Positions 28,535 through 39,441 of a stretch of DNA of 64,000 nucleotides are shown piece by piece (the first letter of the stretch is position 1; the number at the start of each line of letters is the position of its first letter). The notes under the pieces are model-generated. The model searched no databases, was not told the origin of the DNA, and worked only from the letters and a program-made list of their open reading frames with translations. A program made the position numbers and the translations under genes. Where the stretch lies: NCBI GenBank assembly GCA_039589315.1, contig JBDHHQ010000043.1, positions 1 through 64,000 of the forward strand, written 5' to 3'. Origin of the DNA: Gemmatimonadota bacterium. Lineage in GTDB: Bacteria > Gemmatimonadota > Gemmatimonadetes > Longimicrobiales > Gaopeijiaceae.

Positions 28535-30982
28535 ATGGGCTCGCTCTGGCAGGATGTCCGCTACGCCATTCGCACACTGTCGGCCCGGCCTGCCTTCGCC
28601 GGTGTCGCCATCTTCACCCTGGCGCTCGGCATCGGGGCGAACACGGCCATCTTCAGCGTGGTCAACGGTGTCTTGCTCCAGCCTCTGCCGGTGCACGAGC
28701 CCCACCGGCTGGTCCTACCCGACGTCATCGCTCCTCACACGGGCTTCCGCATCTCCGTCTCGCTCCCGAACTTCCGCGACTGGCGTGACCGGAATCGATC
28801 GTTCGAGTCGTTCGGCGGCAGCGCAGGGCGGAGCCGAACGCTCACCGGGGGCGACCGCCCGGAGGTCGTCCAGAGTCGGATCGTCATCGGTGACTTCTTC
28901 GAGACCCTCGGCGTCGAGCCCGCGCTCGGGCGGACGATCCGCGCCGACGAGACCTTCGAGGGGGCGCCCGCCATCGCCGTCGTGACCCACGGGTTCTGGG
29001 AACGCCGTCTCGGCGGCGGTCCCGATGCGTTGGGCCGCACCGTGACGCTCAACGGCGAGTCCTTCGAGATCGTCGGCGTCATGCCTCGGGAGTTCGTCTT
29101 CCCGGCTGCCACGACCGAGGTCTATCTCCCCATGGGCCACTTCCAGGATCAGCTGTGCTGGGAGTCCCGAGACTGCTCGCAGGGAACGTGGGTCGTGGCA
29201 CGGCTCCGCCCCGATGTCACGATGGCCATGGCTCAGGAGGACATGGACCGGGTGACTCGAGAGATCGAGGAGCTGGAGGGCGAGCGGGTGGCTGCCCTGG
29301 AGCTCATCAGCCTGTCGGATCAATTCGTCGGTGACATCCGCAGTCGGCTCTGGCTCCTCATGGGCGCCGTGGCCTTCGTCCTCCTCATCGCGTGCGCGAA
29401 CGTGGCCAGCCTGCTGCTGGCGCGAGGCGAGGGCCGGAGGCGCGAGATCGCGCTCCGAACCGCGTTGGGTGCGGGGCGCGGCCGCGTGGTGCGGCAGTTC
29501 CTCACCGAAGCCGCCCTCCTGGCCGGAGCCGGTGGGCTGGCTGGCATAGGGCTGGCGCACCTGGGCGTGCGCGGAATCGTGCCCCTGATCGACGACGCCA
29601 TACCGTCTGCCGTGGTGGACCGGATCGGCCTCGACCCGGCCGTGCTGGCCTTCACGCTGGGCGCCTCGTTGCTGGCGGGCATGCTGTTCGGCCTCGCTCC
29701 GACCCTGCGAGCGGCCCACACCGATCTAGTGGGAGAGCTGAAGGAGGGAGGGCGCGGCACGTCCGGCAGTTCTCGGCAGCGGCTTCGGTCCGGCCTGGTC
29801 GTGTCGGAGGTGGCGTTGTCGCTGGTGCTGCTCATCGGGGCCGGACTGATGGTCCAGAGCCTGGGCAAGCTGCGCACCGTCGACAAGGGCTTCGACGAGA
29901 CCAGCGTCTTCACCGCCCGGGTGGCGATTCCCGCCCTCTCGTATGGAGAGAAGGCGCAGGCTTGGAGGTTCTTCCGCCAGCTTCTCGAGCGGGTGGAGCC
30001 CCTACCGGGGGTTCGCTCGGCCTCCCTGTCCAATATCGTGCCCCTGGCCGGAAACAGCTGGGAGAACCGGATCTGGCCCGAGGGCGTGGCCACCGAGCCC
30101 GAAACCGGCGAGTCGTTCCTGTTCCAGATGATCACGGCGCGGCACTTCGAGACGCTGGGCATTCCCATGGTCATGGGACGCGGCTTCGGCCCGGAAGATC
30201 GGGAGGGCGGAGCGCTCGTCGTGATCGTCGACGAGACCATGGCCCAGAAGTTCTGGCCGGGAGAGGACCCCATCGGCAAACGGGTCACGTTCGAGGCCGA
30301 GGAGGCCGAGGACGGGTCCGATGGCGCCAGGGTCTACCGCACGGTGGTCGGCGTCGCGAAGAACGTGAGGCACTACGAGCTGGAGACGCCGTCCCGGATC
30401 CAGGGATACGTCCCCATGGATCAAAGTCGGATGGCGTGGAGTCGGACCATGGCCATCATGGCCCGCACCGTGGGAGACCCCGATCAGCTGACGGGGCAGA
30501 TCCGGCGGGAGTTGGCGGCGCTGGACCCGAACGTCCCTCTCGCCGACGTCCAGACGCTCGAAGAGGTCGTCTCCGACGCCATGTCGAGCTCGATCGCGCT
30601 CGGCACGCTGTTGACCCTGTTCAGCGGAGTCGCACTGGTACTGTCGGCAGTCGGGCTGTTCGGCCTCATGTCGTTCTCCGTCATGCAGAGAGTGCGGGAG
30701 ATCGGGATCCACATGGCGCTGGGAGCCAGCGCCCGGGACGTCGTGACGGCTGTCTCGGCTCAGGGCCTCCGGCTCACCGCGTTGGGGGTGGTCGTCGGGC
30801 TAGCGGCAGCCCTGGGACTCACGCGGCTGATGGCCAGCGCGCTCTACGAGGTGGATCCGGTCGATCCTCTCGTGTTCGGAGGCTTGGCGGCATTCCTGCT
30901 GGCCGTGGCTCTGGCGGCCGCGTACCTGCCTGCCCGCCGGGCTACGAGGGTGGATCCCGCCATCGTCCTCCGGGAGGAGTAG
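28535..30982 (+). CDS. ADOP-type duplicated ABC permease (MacB-like)
   Basis: [63 protein letters not shown]. Confidence 0.93.
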   Translation: MGSLWQDVRYAIRTLSARPAFAGVAIFTLALGIGANTAIFSVVNGVLLQPLPVHEPHRLVLPDVIAPHTGFRISVSLPNFRDWRDRNRSFESFGGSAGRSRTLTGGDRPEVVQSRIVIGDFFETLGVEPALGRTIRADETFEGAPAIAVVTHGFWERRLGGGPDALGRTVTLNGESFEIVGVMPREFVFPAATTEVYLPMGHFQDQLCWESRDCSQGTWVVARLRPDVTMAMAQEDMDRVTREIEELEGERVAALELISLSDQFVGDIRSRLWLLMGAVAFVLLIACANVASLLLARGEGRRREIALRTALGAGRGRVVRQFLTEAALLAGAGGLAGIGLAHLGVRGIVPLIDDAIPSAVVDRIGLDPAVLAFTLGASLLAGMLFGLAPTLRAAHTDLVGELKEGGRGTSGSSRQRLRSGLVVSEVALSLVLLIGAGLMVQSLGKLRTVDKGFDETSVFTARVAIPALSYGEKAQAWRFFRQLLERVEPLPGVRSASLSNIVPLAGNSWENRIWPEGVATEPETGESFLFQMITARHFETLGIPMVMGRGFGPEDREGGALVVIVDETMAQKFWPGEDPIGKRVTFEAEEAEDGSDGARVYRTVVGVAKNVRHYELETPSRIQGYVPMDQSRMAWSRTMAIMARTVGDPDQLTGQIRRELAALDPNVPLADVQTLEEVVSDAMSSSIALGTLLTLFSGVALVLSAVGLFGLMSFSVMQRVREIGIHMALGASARDVVTAVSAQGLRLTALGVVVGLAAALGLTRLMASALYEVDPVDPLVFGGLAAFLLAVALAAAYLPARRATRVDPAIVLREE

Positions 30983-31087
30983 CACACTCCTCGCTACCGC
31001 GTCGGCTACGCTTCATCACGATCCTCGGCGTCGCAGCGTCCAACCGCTACCGGAATCGAAGGACGAGCTCGCATGGTGAGCACGACG

Positions 31088-33256
31088 TCAGGGATCGCCG
31101 GCGCGGTCTCCGCCGGCCGTGGCCGAGACCAACGGATGCCCGTCGGCCAACAACGGCGAATCCGCCTGATTGGCAGTGGCACGGCTGCGCTGCAGGAAGG
31201 TGATCAGGTAGGCCAGGGCGGCCAGAAGCAGCATCGCCCGGATGCCGTAGCTCATCGAAAGGAACTCGAGCAGCCCTCCCGCCACCGCTCCCAGGACGTT
31301 CCACCCGAAGGCGACATCGGAAGCGGGCCGGGTCGCGAACGCGAGAGCGAAGCAGGCGGACGCGAAGAAGACGGGCGTCCCCACGTAAAGGACCGAAGCC
31401 GACAGCTTGAGGGCATCGCTCGGGAACAGCAGGGCCTGGGGCTCGATCACGTACCCGATCAGGAGTGAGGCGATGAGCCCCGCTGCTGCCAGAGGCCGGC
31501 TGAGGGGACGCAGCTCCATGAGGACGGTCCCCAGCAGGATGGTGGCCAGGATCGCCGAGAAGACGACGACGTTCGTGAGCCACGTGCCGCCCCACACCAG
31601 ACCCATGGCGGTTACGAAGTGCGTCTCCAGGAGAAGGAAGCCGAAGCCGAAGAGGAACATCTCGTGGTCGACCTCTAGCCGTCGCCGCTTCAGCCCGGCC
31701 CGGAGCTCCGTCGACGCGAAGAGGACACCGACGACCGCGAAGGCCATGAACAGCGCCATCAGCGACCGGTAGAAGCTGCCGACCTGCCGGGACTCGAGGT
31801 AGAGGTACGGCCAGTCGTCCGTGGGCAGCTCCACGGCAGCCCGGGCCGCGGGGGGAGGTGGAGCCTCGAGTCCCAGGTCGGCCAGCTTCTCGTCCGAGGT
31901 GAACGCCTCGCCGGCCATGAGGATGGTGTTGAATCCTTTGAACTCACCGGTGACGACGAGCGGTGGCCGGCCGAACGTCACCTCCAGCATGCGAATGAGG
32001 CGCTGTTCGATGTAGGGCTCCGCCGCTCTGAAGTACATGATCAGGCCGCCACCCGGGGCCACGAGCTCCCGTGCCCGTGTGATCGAATCGAGGGTGTAGA
32101 CGAAATTGTCCAACCGTACGCTGGAAAGCGCCGATGTTCGCGTCATCGAGTCGAGGGTGCCGAACACGACCAGGTCGTACCGCTCCTCGGCCCGGCGCAT
32201 GAACGTCCGCGCGTCTGTAACGTACAATGCGACACGGTTGGACGCGTACGGGCGGTTCGGATGTCGCCTTCGGCCGAGCTCGGCGATGACCGGATCGATC
32301 TCGACGGCGTCCACTCGTTCGGCGCCGTGCTGCAACAGGGCAGCGACGTCGTTCCCGGTCCCCGCGCCCATGACGAGCGCGTTCACCGGCGGGCGACCCA
32401 GCACGCTGTAGGGGAGGTGGTATCCCTTCCGGATCACCTCGTCGTCCGCATGCAAACGGGGCCCGTCAAGCCTGATGTCACGCGCTTCCTGATGCAGGGA
32501 GCCATTGGTGGTCACGCTGACGACGTGGTCGCCGCCCCAGCCATGGGCCGCGATCCCGTAGTAGGGGCTGTAGTCGTGCGCCCGCTCGAAGAGGAATACG
32601 CTCGTGATCACGGCGCCCGAGCCAGCCAGCCAGATCAGCCGGCCGGACCGGCTCGCACTGAGCAGGAACGCTCCCGGGACGAGGAAGACGGCGAACCAGA
32701 CCACGGGGAAGGTCCCGAGGTACGAGGCGATGGTGAACCCGACCACTCCCAGCAGAGATCCGGCCAGGTCGAGGGAGTAGCCCCAGAGGGAGCTGGACCC
32801 GCGACGGAACACATCCAGACGCTGGCCGATGGCCTGGCCCAGGGGGACGAACGAGACCGCGCTCAACGCGAAGACGGTCACCAGGGGGATGCGGATGCCC
32901 TCGACCACGGGGGCTTCCGCCGGAAGGTCGTAGTAGAGGAGCCAGAGGAACTCGGAGACGTTCTTGGCGGTGAAGACCACTCCTCCCATGACCACGACGC
33001 TCCCGACCACGGCCACCAACGACACGGGCCAGAGCCAGAGGAGAGACCTCGACCTGCCGCGCAGCGACCCCAGCCCGAGGCCCAGAAAGGCGCTGATGAG
33101 GACCAGATTGGGGAAGTAGGCGACGACCCGGACCTGTGACGGAATCCAGCGAATGAACGCCAGCTCCTGAAACAGCACGATGAAGGAGATGGCAACGAGC
33201 TCGAGTCCGGGCCTCCAGAGCTCCGCGCGTTGCCTGCGGCTGTATGGCCCGGTCAT
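31088..33256 (-). CDS. Membrane protein with spermidine synthase-like SAM-binding domain
   Basis: N- and C-terminal TM bundles flanking MGAGTGNDV, DAVEIDP, DAR, YDLVVFGTLDS, TDDWPYLY. Confidence 0.8.
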   Translation of the reverse strand: MTGPYSRRQRAELWRPGLELVAISFIVLFQELAFIRWIPSQVRVVAYFPNLVLISAFLGLGLGSLRGRSRSLLWLWPVSLVAVVGSVVVMGGVVFTAKNVSEFLWLLYYDLPAEAPVVEGIRIPLVTVFALSAVSFVPLGQAIGQRLDVFRRGSSSLWGYSLDLAGSLLGVVGFTIASYLGTFPVVWFAVFLVPGAFLLSASRSGRLIWLAGSGAVITSVFLFERAHDYSPYYGIAAHGWGGDHVVSVTTNGSLHQEARDIRLDGPRLHADDEVIRKGYHLPYSVLGRPPVNALVMGAGTGNDVAALLQHGAERVDAVEIDPVIAELGRRRHPNRPYASNRVALYVTDARTFMRRAEERYDLVVFGTLDSMTRTSALSSVRLDNFVYTLDSITRARELVAPGGGLIMYFRAAEPYIEQRLIRMLEVTFGRPPLVVTGEFKGFNTILMAGEAFTSDEKLADLGLEAPPPPAARAAVELPTDDWPYLYLESRQVGSFYRSLMALFMAFAVVGVLFASTELRAGLKRRRLEVDHEMFLFGFGFLLLETHFVTAMGLVWGGTWLTNVVVFSAILATILLGTVLMELRPLSRPLAAAGLIASLLIGYVIEPQALLFPSDALKLSASVLYVGTPVFFASACFALAFATRPASDVAFGWNVLGAVAGGLLEFLSMSYGIRAMLLLAALAYLITFLQRSRATANQADSPLLADGHPLVSATAGGDRAGDP

Positions 33257-33625
33257 TCTCTGCCTCCGGCGGGCGAGCGGCCCGAGGGGTACGTAGTCGA
33301 TCTGGGCACGAGTCGTCGCGAGGTGACACTCCAGGTGTCATGGGGTGTGGCAACCCACACTGAGCTGGGTTGTCGGCCGCTGCGAGTCCGAGGTGTAGCT
33401 TCCGTTCAGGAGGCCGTCTACGACGGATGGAGAATGTGAGGCCCTGGGGGGCAACGGCGACCCGCTCCGAGCGGCTGGCCTCCATCTCGGCCTCCCCTCT
33501 TCCTCGCCCTCCTGCTCCGCCCCTTTTGCCGGCCTCCTACGACCCCCGACGATCGATCCCTCTGGTCCCCCGCTTTCGTTACCTTTGTCCGATCACAAAA
33601 AGACCCCCGGGCTCCTGGAGAGAGC

Positions 33626-34102
33626 ATGGCAAGACACTGGCGGCTGGCCCTGGCAATCCTCGCAACGATCCTCCTCTTCGGGCCTGGAGAGGCCGAGGCG
33701 CAACAGCGACCGCCGGGCTTCGGGCTCGGGATCATCGCGGGTGAGCCGTCCGGCGTGAGCTTCAAGTATTGGATCGACGGGCGGAACGCCGTGGACGGGG
33801 CCCTGGCCTGGTCCTTCGTCGACGAGGGCGCGTTCCACGTCCATGCCGATTATCTCTGGCATGTTCGCGACGTCGTGGAGGTCGAGAGCGAGGCCTTTCC
33901 GCTCTACTTCGGGATCGGCGGGCGCATCAAGACGAGCACAGACACCCGGGCCGGCGTTCGGGTGCCCCTGGGTATCGACTACCTGTTTCGCGGCGCCCCC
34001 GTGAACCTGTTCTTCGAGCTGGTGCCGCTCCTGGACCTGACGCCCAAGACGGAGTTCAAGTTCAACGCGGCCATCGGCGGCCGGTACTTCTTCGGAGGAT
34101 GA
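33626..34102 (+). CDS. Small outer-membrane beta-barrel-like protein (DUF3996-like)
   Basis: Signal peptide, FGLGIIAGEPSGVS.K, GVRVPLG, C-terminal GGRYFF. Confidence 0.8.
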   Translation: MARHWRLALAILATILLFGPGEAEAQQRPPGFGLGIIAGEPSGVSFKYWIDGRNAVDGALAWSFVDEGAFHVHADYLWHVRDVVEVESEAFPLYFGIGGRIKTSTDTRAGVRVPLGIDYLFRGAPVNLFFELVPLLDLTPKTEFKFNAAIGGRYFFGG

Positions 34103-34533
34103 GCGCTGTGAGCCAGCAGCTGGGATTCGAGGTCCGGTTGAGCCAGCCTCAGCCCGGGGCGGTGGAGCGAGTCGGCGAGGCGCTCAAGCGCGAGGGCTTC
34201 GGCGTGCTGACGCGCATCGAGCTGGACGCGGCCTTCCGCGAGAAGCTGGGTGTGGAGTTTCGCCCATACACCATCCTGGGCGCGTGCAACCCGGCCCTGG
34301 CGCACAAGGCGCTGTCGAGCCGGCCCGACGTGGGACTCCTGCTTCCCTGCAACGTCACGGTCGAAGCGGCGGCGGACGGCGGATCCACGGTGCGCATCAC
34401 GGACCCGATGGCTCTCCTGTCCATGGGCGGAAGCGGTCAGTCCGACGAAGCGCTGGACGCGGTCGCGGCGGACGCCCGGGAGCGGTTGGCGAGGGTCGCC
34501 GCGGAGCTGGCCGAGGAGGGCGCAGGCGCGTAG
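34099..34533 (+). CDS. DUF302-domain protein
   Basis: [31 protein letters not shown] overlap with the upstream stop. Confidence 0.9.
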   Translation: MSAVSQQLGFEVRLSQPQPGAVERVGEALKREGFGVLTRIELDAAFREKLGVEFRPYTILGACNPALAHKALSSRPDVGLLLPCNVTVEAAADGGSTVRITDPMALLSMGGSGQSDEALDAVAADARERLARVAAELAEEGAGA

Positions 34534-34883
34534 ACGCTCACGGCCCTACCCAGCTTGGCTCCGTTCGGGACCGGTCTCTCCGGCACGGCCAGTACGACCG
34601 CTCCGTCGGGCCCGTAGAAGCCCGTCAGCAGGAACTGCGACATGAAGGGCCCGATCTGCTTGGGTGGGAAGTTCACCACCGCCACGATCTGGCGTCCGAG
34701 GAGCTCCTCCGCGCTGTACAGGTCCGTAGCCTGGGCGCTGGACTTGAGCTCACCGATCTCCGGGCCGAAGTCCGCCCACACCTTGTACGCCGGGCGTCTG
34801 GCCTCGGGGAACGTCTCGACCCGGACCACGGTGCCGACGCGGATCTCGACGCGCTCGAAGTCCCGCCAGTCGATGGTCTCCAC
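34437..34883 (-). CDS. csaA: tRNA-binding protein / secretion chaperone CsaA
   Basis: [46 protein letters not shown]. The natural end is probably near 34546 (see findings). Confidence 0.9.
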   Translation of the reverse strand: METIDWRDFERVEIRVGTVVRVETFPEARRPAYKVWADFGPEIGELKSSAQATDLYSAEELLGRQIVAVVNFPPKQIGPFMSQFLLTGFYGPDGAVVLAVPERPVPNGAKLGRAVSVYAPAPSSASSAATLANRSRASAATASSASSD

Positions 34884-34911
34884 GTGCTCGTTCCCCGGGC
34901 TCTGGAGGCTG

Positions 34912-37593
34912 TTACTCCTGCGACAGAGCGTCCACCGGGTTGACGGCCGAAGCCCGCAGCGCCGGTAGATACGAGCCCAGGAATGCCACGGCGAGCAGCA
35001 GCGCCGTCACGCCCCCGAACACCAGTGGATCCGTCGGGCTCACGCCGACCAGGAGGCTGGACATGGCCCGCGTAACCCCGAACGCCAGGGCCAGTCCGCA
35101 TCCGATGCCCAGCGCCGCGCGCCGCATCCCGGTACGCACGACCATCCCCCGCACCTGCCGCCGGGCGGCGCCCAGCGCCATGCGCACCCCGATCTCGTTG
35201 GTCCGTTGCCCCACGCCGTACGACATGACCCCGTAGATACCGACCGCACCCAGCAGCAGGGAGATGAGCGCGAACCCGCCCATGAGCTTGGCCATCAGGT
35301 AGTAGGGGCCCACGGCCCGGGTGACGTTGTCGACCATGGGCTGGACGCCGTAGATGGGCAGATCGCCGTCCATCTCGAGCACCGCGCTGCGGAGGATCGG
35401 GACCAGCGCGGCCGGATCGCCCGACGTCCGCACGACCACCGTCCGAGTGCGTCCGGTGAATCGGCGAATCGGAAAGTACACCCCGGGTTGGATGGGATCG
35501 GCCAGGCTCCGCTCGAAGTGGTCGGCAACCACGCCCACGACCTCATGGAGCGTGCCGTCCAGCACCAGACGACGGCCCACGGCGTTTCCGTCGCCGAAGT
35601 GCCTCGAGACGAGCGTCTCATTGACCACGACTACGGGAGGCGCGTCGGCATCGTCCGCGAGAGTGATCGCCCGACCCGCGATCCGAGCTATGCCCATCGT
35701 CTCGAAGTAGCCGGGCGAGACGTAGTTGAAACGAGCCGGGTAGCGGGCCACCGGGTCCGACGGGTCTTCCCCCTCCAGGACGAAGCTGCCGACCGTGTTC
35801 GATCCCGACAGGGGCAGAACGTACACGGCACCGGCACCCTCCACTGCTGGAATCGCGGTGATGCGCTCGACGAGGTCGTCGTGAACGGCGGTCACTGCCG
35901 GCTTGTCCTCGTAGCGGGCCTCGCCGGGCGAGACGCTGAACGTCATCAACGCCGCAGCCTCGTACCCGAGATCCAACCGCGCCATTCCCATGACGCTGCG
36001 GACCATGACGCCGCCCCCGACCAGCAACACGACGGCCAGCGCTGTCTGTGCTACGACCAGGAAGCCGCCGAAGCGACGGCCCCGGGCGCCGGGTCCGGAC
36101 CGCCCGCCGTCCCGGAGCTCGGAACCGGTCAGGCGTGACGAGCGCACGGCGGGTGCGAGCCCGAAGAGGAGCGCCGCGACCACCGAAACGGCCGCCGTGA
36201 AGGCCAGAACCGTTCCGTCCATCTCGAAGGTGAAGATGGGCGGTAGGTTGGACGGCAGGCCGCGCACGATCACGCCGGTCCCCCAGATCGCCAGCAGGCC
36301 GCCGAGGACCCCGCCGATCGACGATAGCACGAGACTCTCGATCAACGTCTGGCGGAGCATCCGGCCCCGGCCGGCGCCCATGGCCGAGCGGATGGCCATC
36401 TCCAGTCGTCGCCCGTTGGCCCGAGCCAGAAGCAGATTGGCCACGTTGGTACACGCCATCAGGAGCACGAAGCCGACAGCCGACATCATGACGAGGGCCG
36501 CGCGGGCCCCGATGTCGCCCAATTGGCTCAGCTGCATCGAGATGACATCGGCCGTCCAGCCTCTGTTGGTCTCGGGGTGCTCCTCTTGGAGGGCGAGGGC
36601 GACCTGAGCCACGTCCCGCCTGGCCCGGTCGACCGTCACGCCCGGTGCGAGCCGGGCGACGGCCACGTGGCTGTGGTTGCCCCGACGGGCGTCGGCCGGA
36701 TGGCCTCGGAAGGGCACCCAGACGTCGGGCTGGGAATCGATGAACGGAAAGCCCGCCGGCATGACGCCGATGATCGTCGTGGGCTCGCCGTCGAGGTGGA
36801 TCGTCGTGCCGAGCGCGCCCGGGTCGCCCCCCAGGCGTTGCTGCCAGAATCCGTGGCTCAGGATCGCGACGGCAGGAGCGAACGTCTGGCCGTCGGCGTC
36901 GGTGAAGTTCCGGCCCTGGTCAGGGAAGACGCCGAGGACCGAGAACATGTTCGGAGTCACGCCGCGGCCGGCCATGCGCTCCGGCCGGTCCGTCCCGGTC
37001 AGCGTGAAGCTCCGCCGGTCGTACACCGCCACGTCCACGAAGGCGGAGGTCCGCTGCCCGAAGTCCCAGGCGTCCACCAGGGGGATGTCCGCTTCGAACC
37101 ACCCGCGCTCGAGGTTCTGGGACCAGATGTGTACGAGCTCGTCGGGCCGCTCGTAGGGCATGTCCCGGATGAGCAGGCCATTCACGATGTTGAAGATGGA
37201 GGTGTTGGCGCCGATGCCCAGCGCCAGCGTGCCGACGGCAGTGAGCGCGAAGACCGGCTTCCGGCGCAGGGCCCGAACTGCGTATCTCACGTCCGCGATC
37301 AAGCTCCCCACGACGTCCCTCCCTCCCCTGTCGGCACGATACGCCCCCGCGCCCGGTCCTTCCCGCCGGTCGGCGCCCCCCGTTCCCCACCGCAGCCGCG
37401 TGCCGTGCACGCCTGCGTCCCACAGCGTCCGCATCCACACGACGACCCATCGAACCCGGCCGTGAAGCCGCGCCTCCTGCGTCAACAGACTCCGGAACGC
37501 GTCTTCCATCTCGGCGCCGTAGCGGCGCCGAAACTCCGCCGGATACACCGCCAGGATCCGGCGGAACCAGCGCTCTGCCCGCTCCCGTCTCAC
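34912..37593 (-). CDS. ADOP-type duplicated ABC permease with N-terminal PadR-associated prefix
   Basis: [13 protein letters not shown] prefix, [38 protein letters not shown] overlap with padR. Confidence 0.93.
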   Translation of the reverse strand: MRRERAERWFRRILAVYPAEFRRRYGAEMEDAFRSLLTQEARLHGRVRWVVVWMRTLWDAGVHGTRLRWGTGGADRREGPGAGAYRADRGGRDVVGSLIADVRYAVRALRRKPVFALTAVGTLALGIGANTSIFNIVNGLLIRDMPYERPDELVHIWSQNLERGWFEADIPLVDAWDFGQRTSAFVDVAVYDRRSFTLTGTDRPERMAGRGVTPNMFSVLGVFPDQGRNFTDADGQTFAPAVAILSHGFWQQRLGGDPGALGTTIHLDGEPTTIIGVMPAGFPFIDSQPDVWVPFRGHPADARRGNHSHVAVARLAPGVTVDRARRDVAQVALALQEEHPETNRGWTADVISMQLSQLGDIGARAALVMMSAVGFVLLMACTNVANLLLARANGRRLEMAIRSAMGAGRGRMLRQTLIESLVLSSIGGVLGGLLAIWGTGVIVRGLPSNLPPIFTFEMDGTVLAFTAAVSVVAALLFGLAPAVRSSRLTGSELRDGGRSGPGARGRRFGGFLVVAQTALAVVLLVGGGVMVRSVMGMARLDLGYEAAALMTFSVSPGEARYEDKPAVTAVHDDLVERITAIPAVEGAGAVYVLPLSGSNTVGSFVLEGEDPSDPVARYPARFNYVSPGYFETMGIARIAGRAITLADDADAPPVVVVNETLVSRHFGDGNAVGRRLVLDGTLHEVVGVVADHFERSLADPIQPGVYFPIRRFTGRTRTVVVRTSGDPAALVPILRSAVLEMDGDLPIYGVQPMVDNVTRAVGPYYLMAKLMGGFALISLLLGAVGIYGVMSYGVGQRTNEIGVRMALGAARRQVRGMVVRTGMRRAALGIGCGLALAFGVTRAMSSLLVGVSPTDPLVFGGVTALLLAVAFLGSYLPALRASAVNPVDALSQE

Positions 37594-37940
37594 ACCGCCT
37601 CCCGTTCGGGCCCCACGTTGCGTGCCCGGGCGATGCGCACGAGAGACGCCATGCGCTCGACCTCGGAGGCGAGCCGGTCCCGACCGGCCGGGGTGATGCT
37701 GTAGAACCGACGCTTGCCGCCCTCGGTGGGCGCTCCCTCGGGTGGCTCCGTCTCGACGATCAAGCGGTTGTCGGTCATGTCTTTCAGGGCGCTGTACAGG
37801 GCACCCGGCCAGAGGCGCATCTCACCGTCCGTCCGGAGCAGCACTTCGTCCATGATGGCCGAGCCGTAGAGATCGCGTTCGGCCAGGGCGAGCAGAATCT
37901 GGAACCACTTGGAGCTCAGGGACCTCGTATGTGACGTCAC
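37590..37940 (-). CDS. PadR-family transcriptional regulator
   Basis: ILLAL...YG..IM, PGALY..L, RRFYSITPAGR..L..E; GGAGG RBS before GTG. Confidence 0.92.
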   Translation of the reverse strand: MTSHTRSLSSKWFQILLALAERDLYGSAIMDEVLLRTDGEMRLWPGALYSALKDMTDNRLIVETEPPEGAPTEGGKRRFYSITPAGRDRLASEVERMASLVRIARARNVGPEREAV

Positions 37941-37977
37941 GGTTCGATTCGCCTCCCGGTGACGGTGGGCACGCTAC

Positions 37978-38015
37978 ATGTATACGACTGCGTATATATA
38001 CGTGATAGTATACAT
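37978..38015. promoter_or_regulatory. Symmetric double operator / AT-rich promoter of the padR-ADOP operon
   Basis: ATGTATAC-N6-GTATATATAC-N6-GTATACAT, an AT-rich island in high-GC DNA about 40-75 nt upstream of padR. Confidence 0.75.
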
Positions 38016-38060
38016 ATAAGGTTCAGTGAGCGCCAGCGGTCGGTGCCCCAGCGGGGGCCC

Positions 38061-38105
38061 ACGACCGGCCCTCGTCCCAACGACCGGCCCTCGGGTCCGA
38101 GGGCC
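38061..38105 (-). repeat. 14-bp direct repeat ACGACCGGCCCTCG x2 overlapping a GC hairpin; possible terminator of the amidohydrolase gene
   Basis: Copies at 38061-38074 and 38080-38093; the hairpin GGCCCTCGG-GT-CCGAGGGCC lies just after the stop at 38111. Confidence 0.4.
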
Positions 38106-38110
38106 GTGGG

Positions 38111-39424
38111 CTATCTCGTCGGCTCGTGTCGTACCACTTCGCCCCCCTTCACCACCAGCCGGATGTCACGCAGGGCGCTGACGTCGCCGGCTGGATCGGT
38201 CGCCACCCCGATCAGGTCGGCCAGCTTGCCAACCTCCAGCGTGCCCAGCTCCGCTGCCACGCCCAGCATGGTGGCGGGCTCGATGGTGGCGGTGCGCAGG
38301 GCCTGGAGGGGAGTCATCCCCGCCTGGACGTAGTACTCGGCCTCCCTGACGGTCGCGATCGTACCGTCGTTGGGCTCGTGGGGGAGCTGGTCGGTGCCCA
38401 ACGCGATCCGGACGCCCTCCCTGACGGCAGTCTGGAGGGACGCCCAATGCCGCTGTCCCACGGCCTCGACCCGGTCGAGGTACCACCGGGGCGACCCGAT
38501 GCGTTCGAAGAACGGAAGGGTAGCCGGCTGGCTCACCAGGATCGTGGGCACATACCAGGTGCCGGCGTCCCGCATACGAGCGAAGACGGGGGCGGTGAGG
38601 AAGTAGCCGTGCTCGATGCAGTCCACACCCGCAGCGATGGCGTCCAGGGTGGCCGTCGGAGACCCGGAGTGGGCCGTGACCTTGGCCCCGAGCCGGTGAG
38701 CCACGTCCGTGACGGCCTCGAGCTCGTCCGGCGTCATGTAGGCGGCCGCGATGTCGCCGCCGGGCGTCGCGATACCGCCGGAGATCAGGATCTTGATCCA
38801 GCGAGCACCGGCCCGGAACTCCTTGCGCACGGCCTCGCGGAACTCGTAGGGGCCGTCGTTGGCCACTTCCCCCGCGCTGGAGCCGTGCCCCCCGGTCACC
38901 TGAACGGACTCACCGGCCGAGAAGATACGCGGCCCTTGGGCCTCCCCCCGGTCGATGGCCCGCTGGAGGGCCAGGTCCACGTGGCCGCGCTCACCGGTCG
39001 TCCGAACGGTGGTGATGCCAGCAAAGAGCGTCTCTCGCGCCGCCGAGGCCATGCGGAGCGCCAGCTCCGCTTCGGTCTCGTTCCCCAGGGCGGCCCCAGC
39101 GGCCCCCGGTAGCACCAGCCCGAAGTGGACGTGCATGTTCATCAGACCCGGAAGCAACCAGAGCCCGCTGGCGTCGATCTCGATCGCGTCGGCCGGAATG
39201 GGTGTCGCGTCTTTCCGACCCACCGCCTCGATGCGCTCTCCCCGCGCGATCACGACCGCATCACGGATGGGCGGGCCGCCCTCCAGGTCCACGACGGTGG
39301 CTCCGACGATGGCCACGGGCGCCCCGGACGCGAGCTCCGGGACGGTCTGGGCGGCGCTCGGGAGCGCCGACGCCAGGGCCAGAGGGACGAGCGGTGGGAG
39401 CAGGAGCGCCGGAAGACGACCCAT
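38111..39424 (-). CDS. Secreted amidohydrolase (Xaa-Pro dipeptidase-like subgroup)
   Basis: Signal peptide, LPGLMNMHVH, TGGHG, WIKI, TAHS, IEHG, ALGTD, GKLADL. Start could be GTG 39445. Confidence 0.88.
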   Translation of the reverse strand: MGRLPALLLPPLVPLALASALPSAAQTVPELASGAPVAIVGATVVDLEGGPPIRDAVVIARGERIEAVGRKDATPIPADAIEIDASGLWLLPGLMNMHVHFGLVLPGAAGAALGNETEAELALRMASAARETLFAGITTVRTTGERGHVDLALQRAIDRGEAQGPRIFSAGESVQVTGGHGSSAGEVANDGPYEFREAVRKEFRAGARWIKILISGGIATPGGDIAAAYMTPDELEAVTDVAHRLGAKVTAHSGSPTATLDAIAAGVDCIEHGYFLTAPVFARMRDAGTWYVPTILVSQPATLPFFERIGSPRWYLDRVEAVGQRHWASLQTAVREGVRIALGTDQLPHEPNDGTIATVREAEYYVQAGMTPLQALRTATIEPATMLGVAAELGTLEVGKLADLIGVATDPAGDVSALRDIRLVVKGGEVVRHEPTR

Positions 39425-39441
39425 GCCCAAACGGCGCGCCC

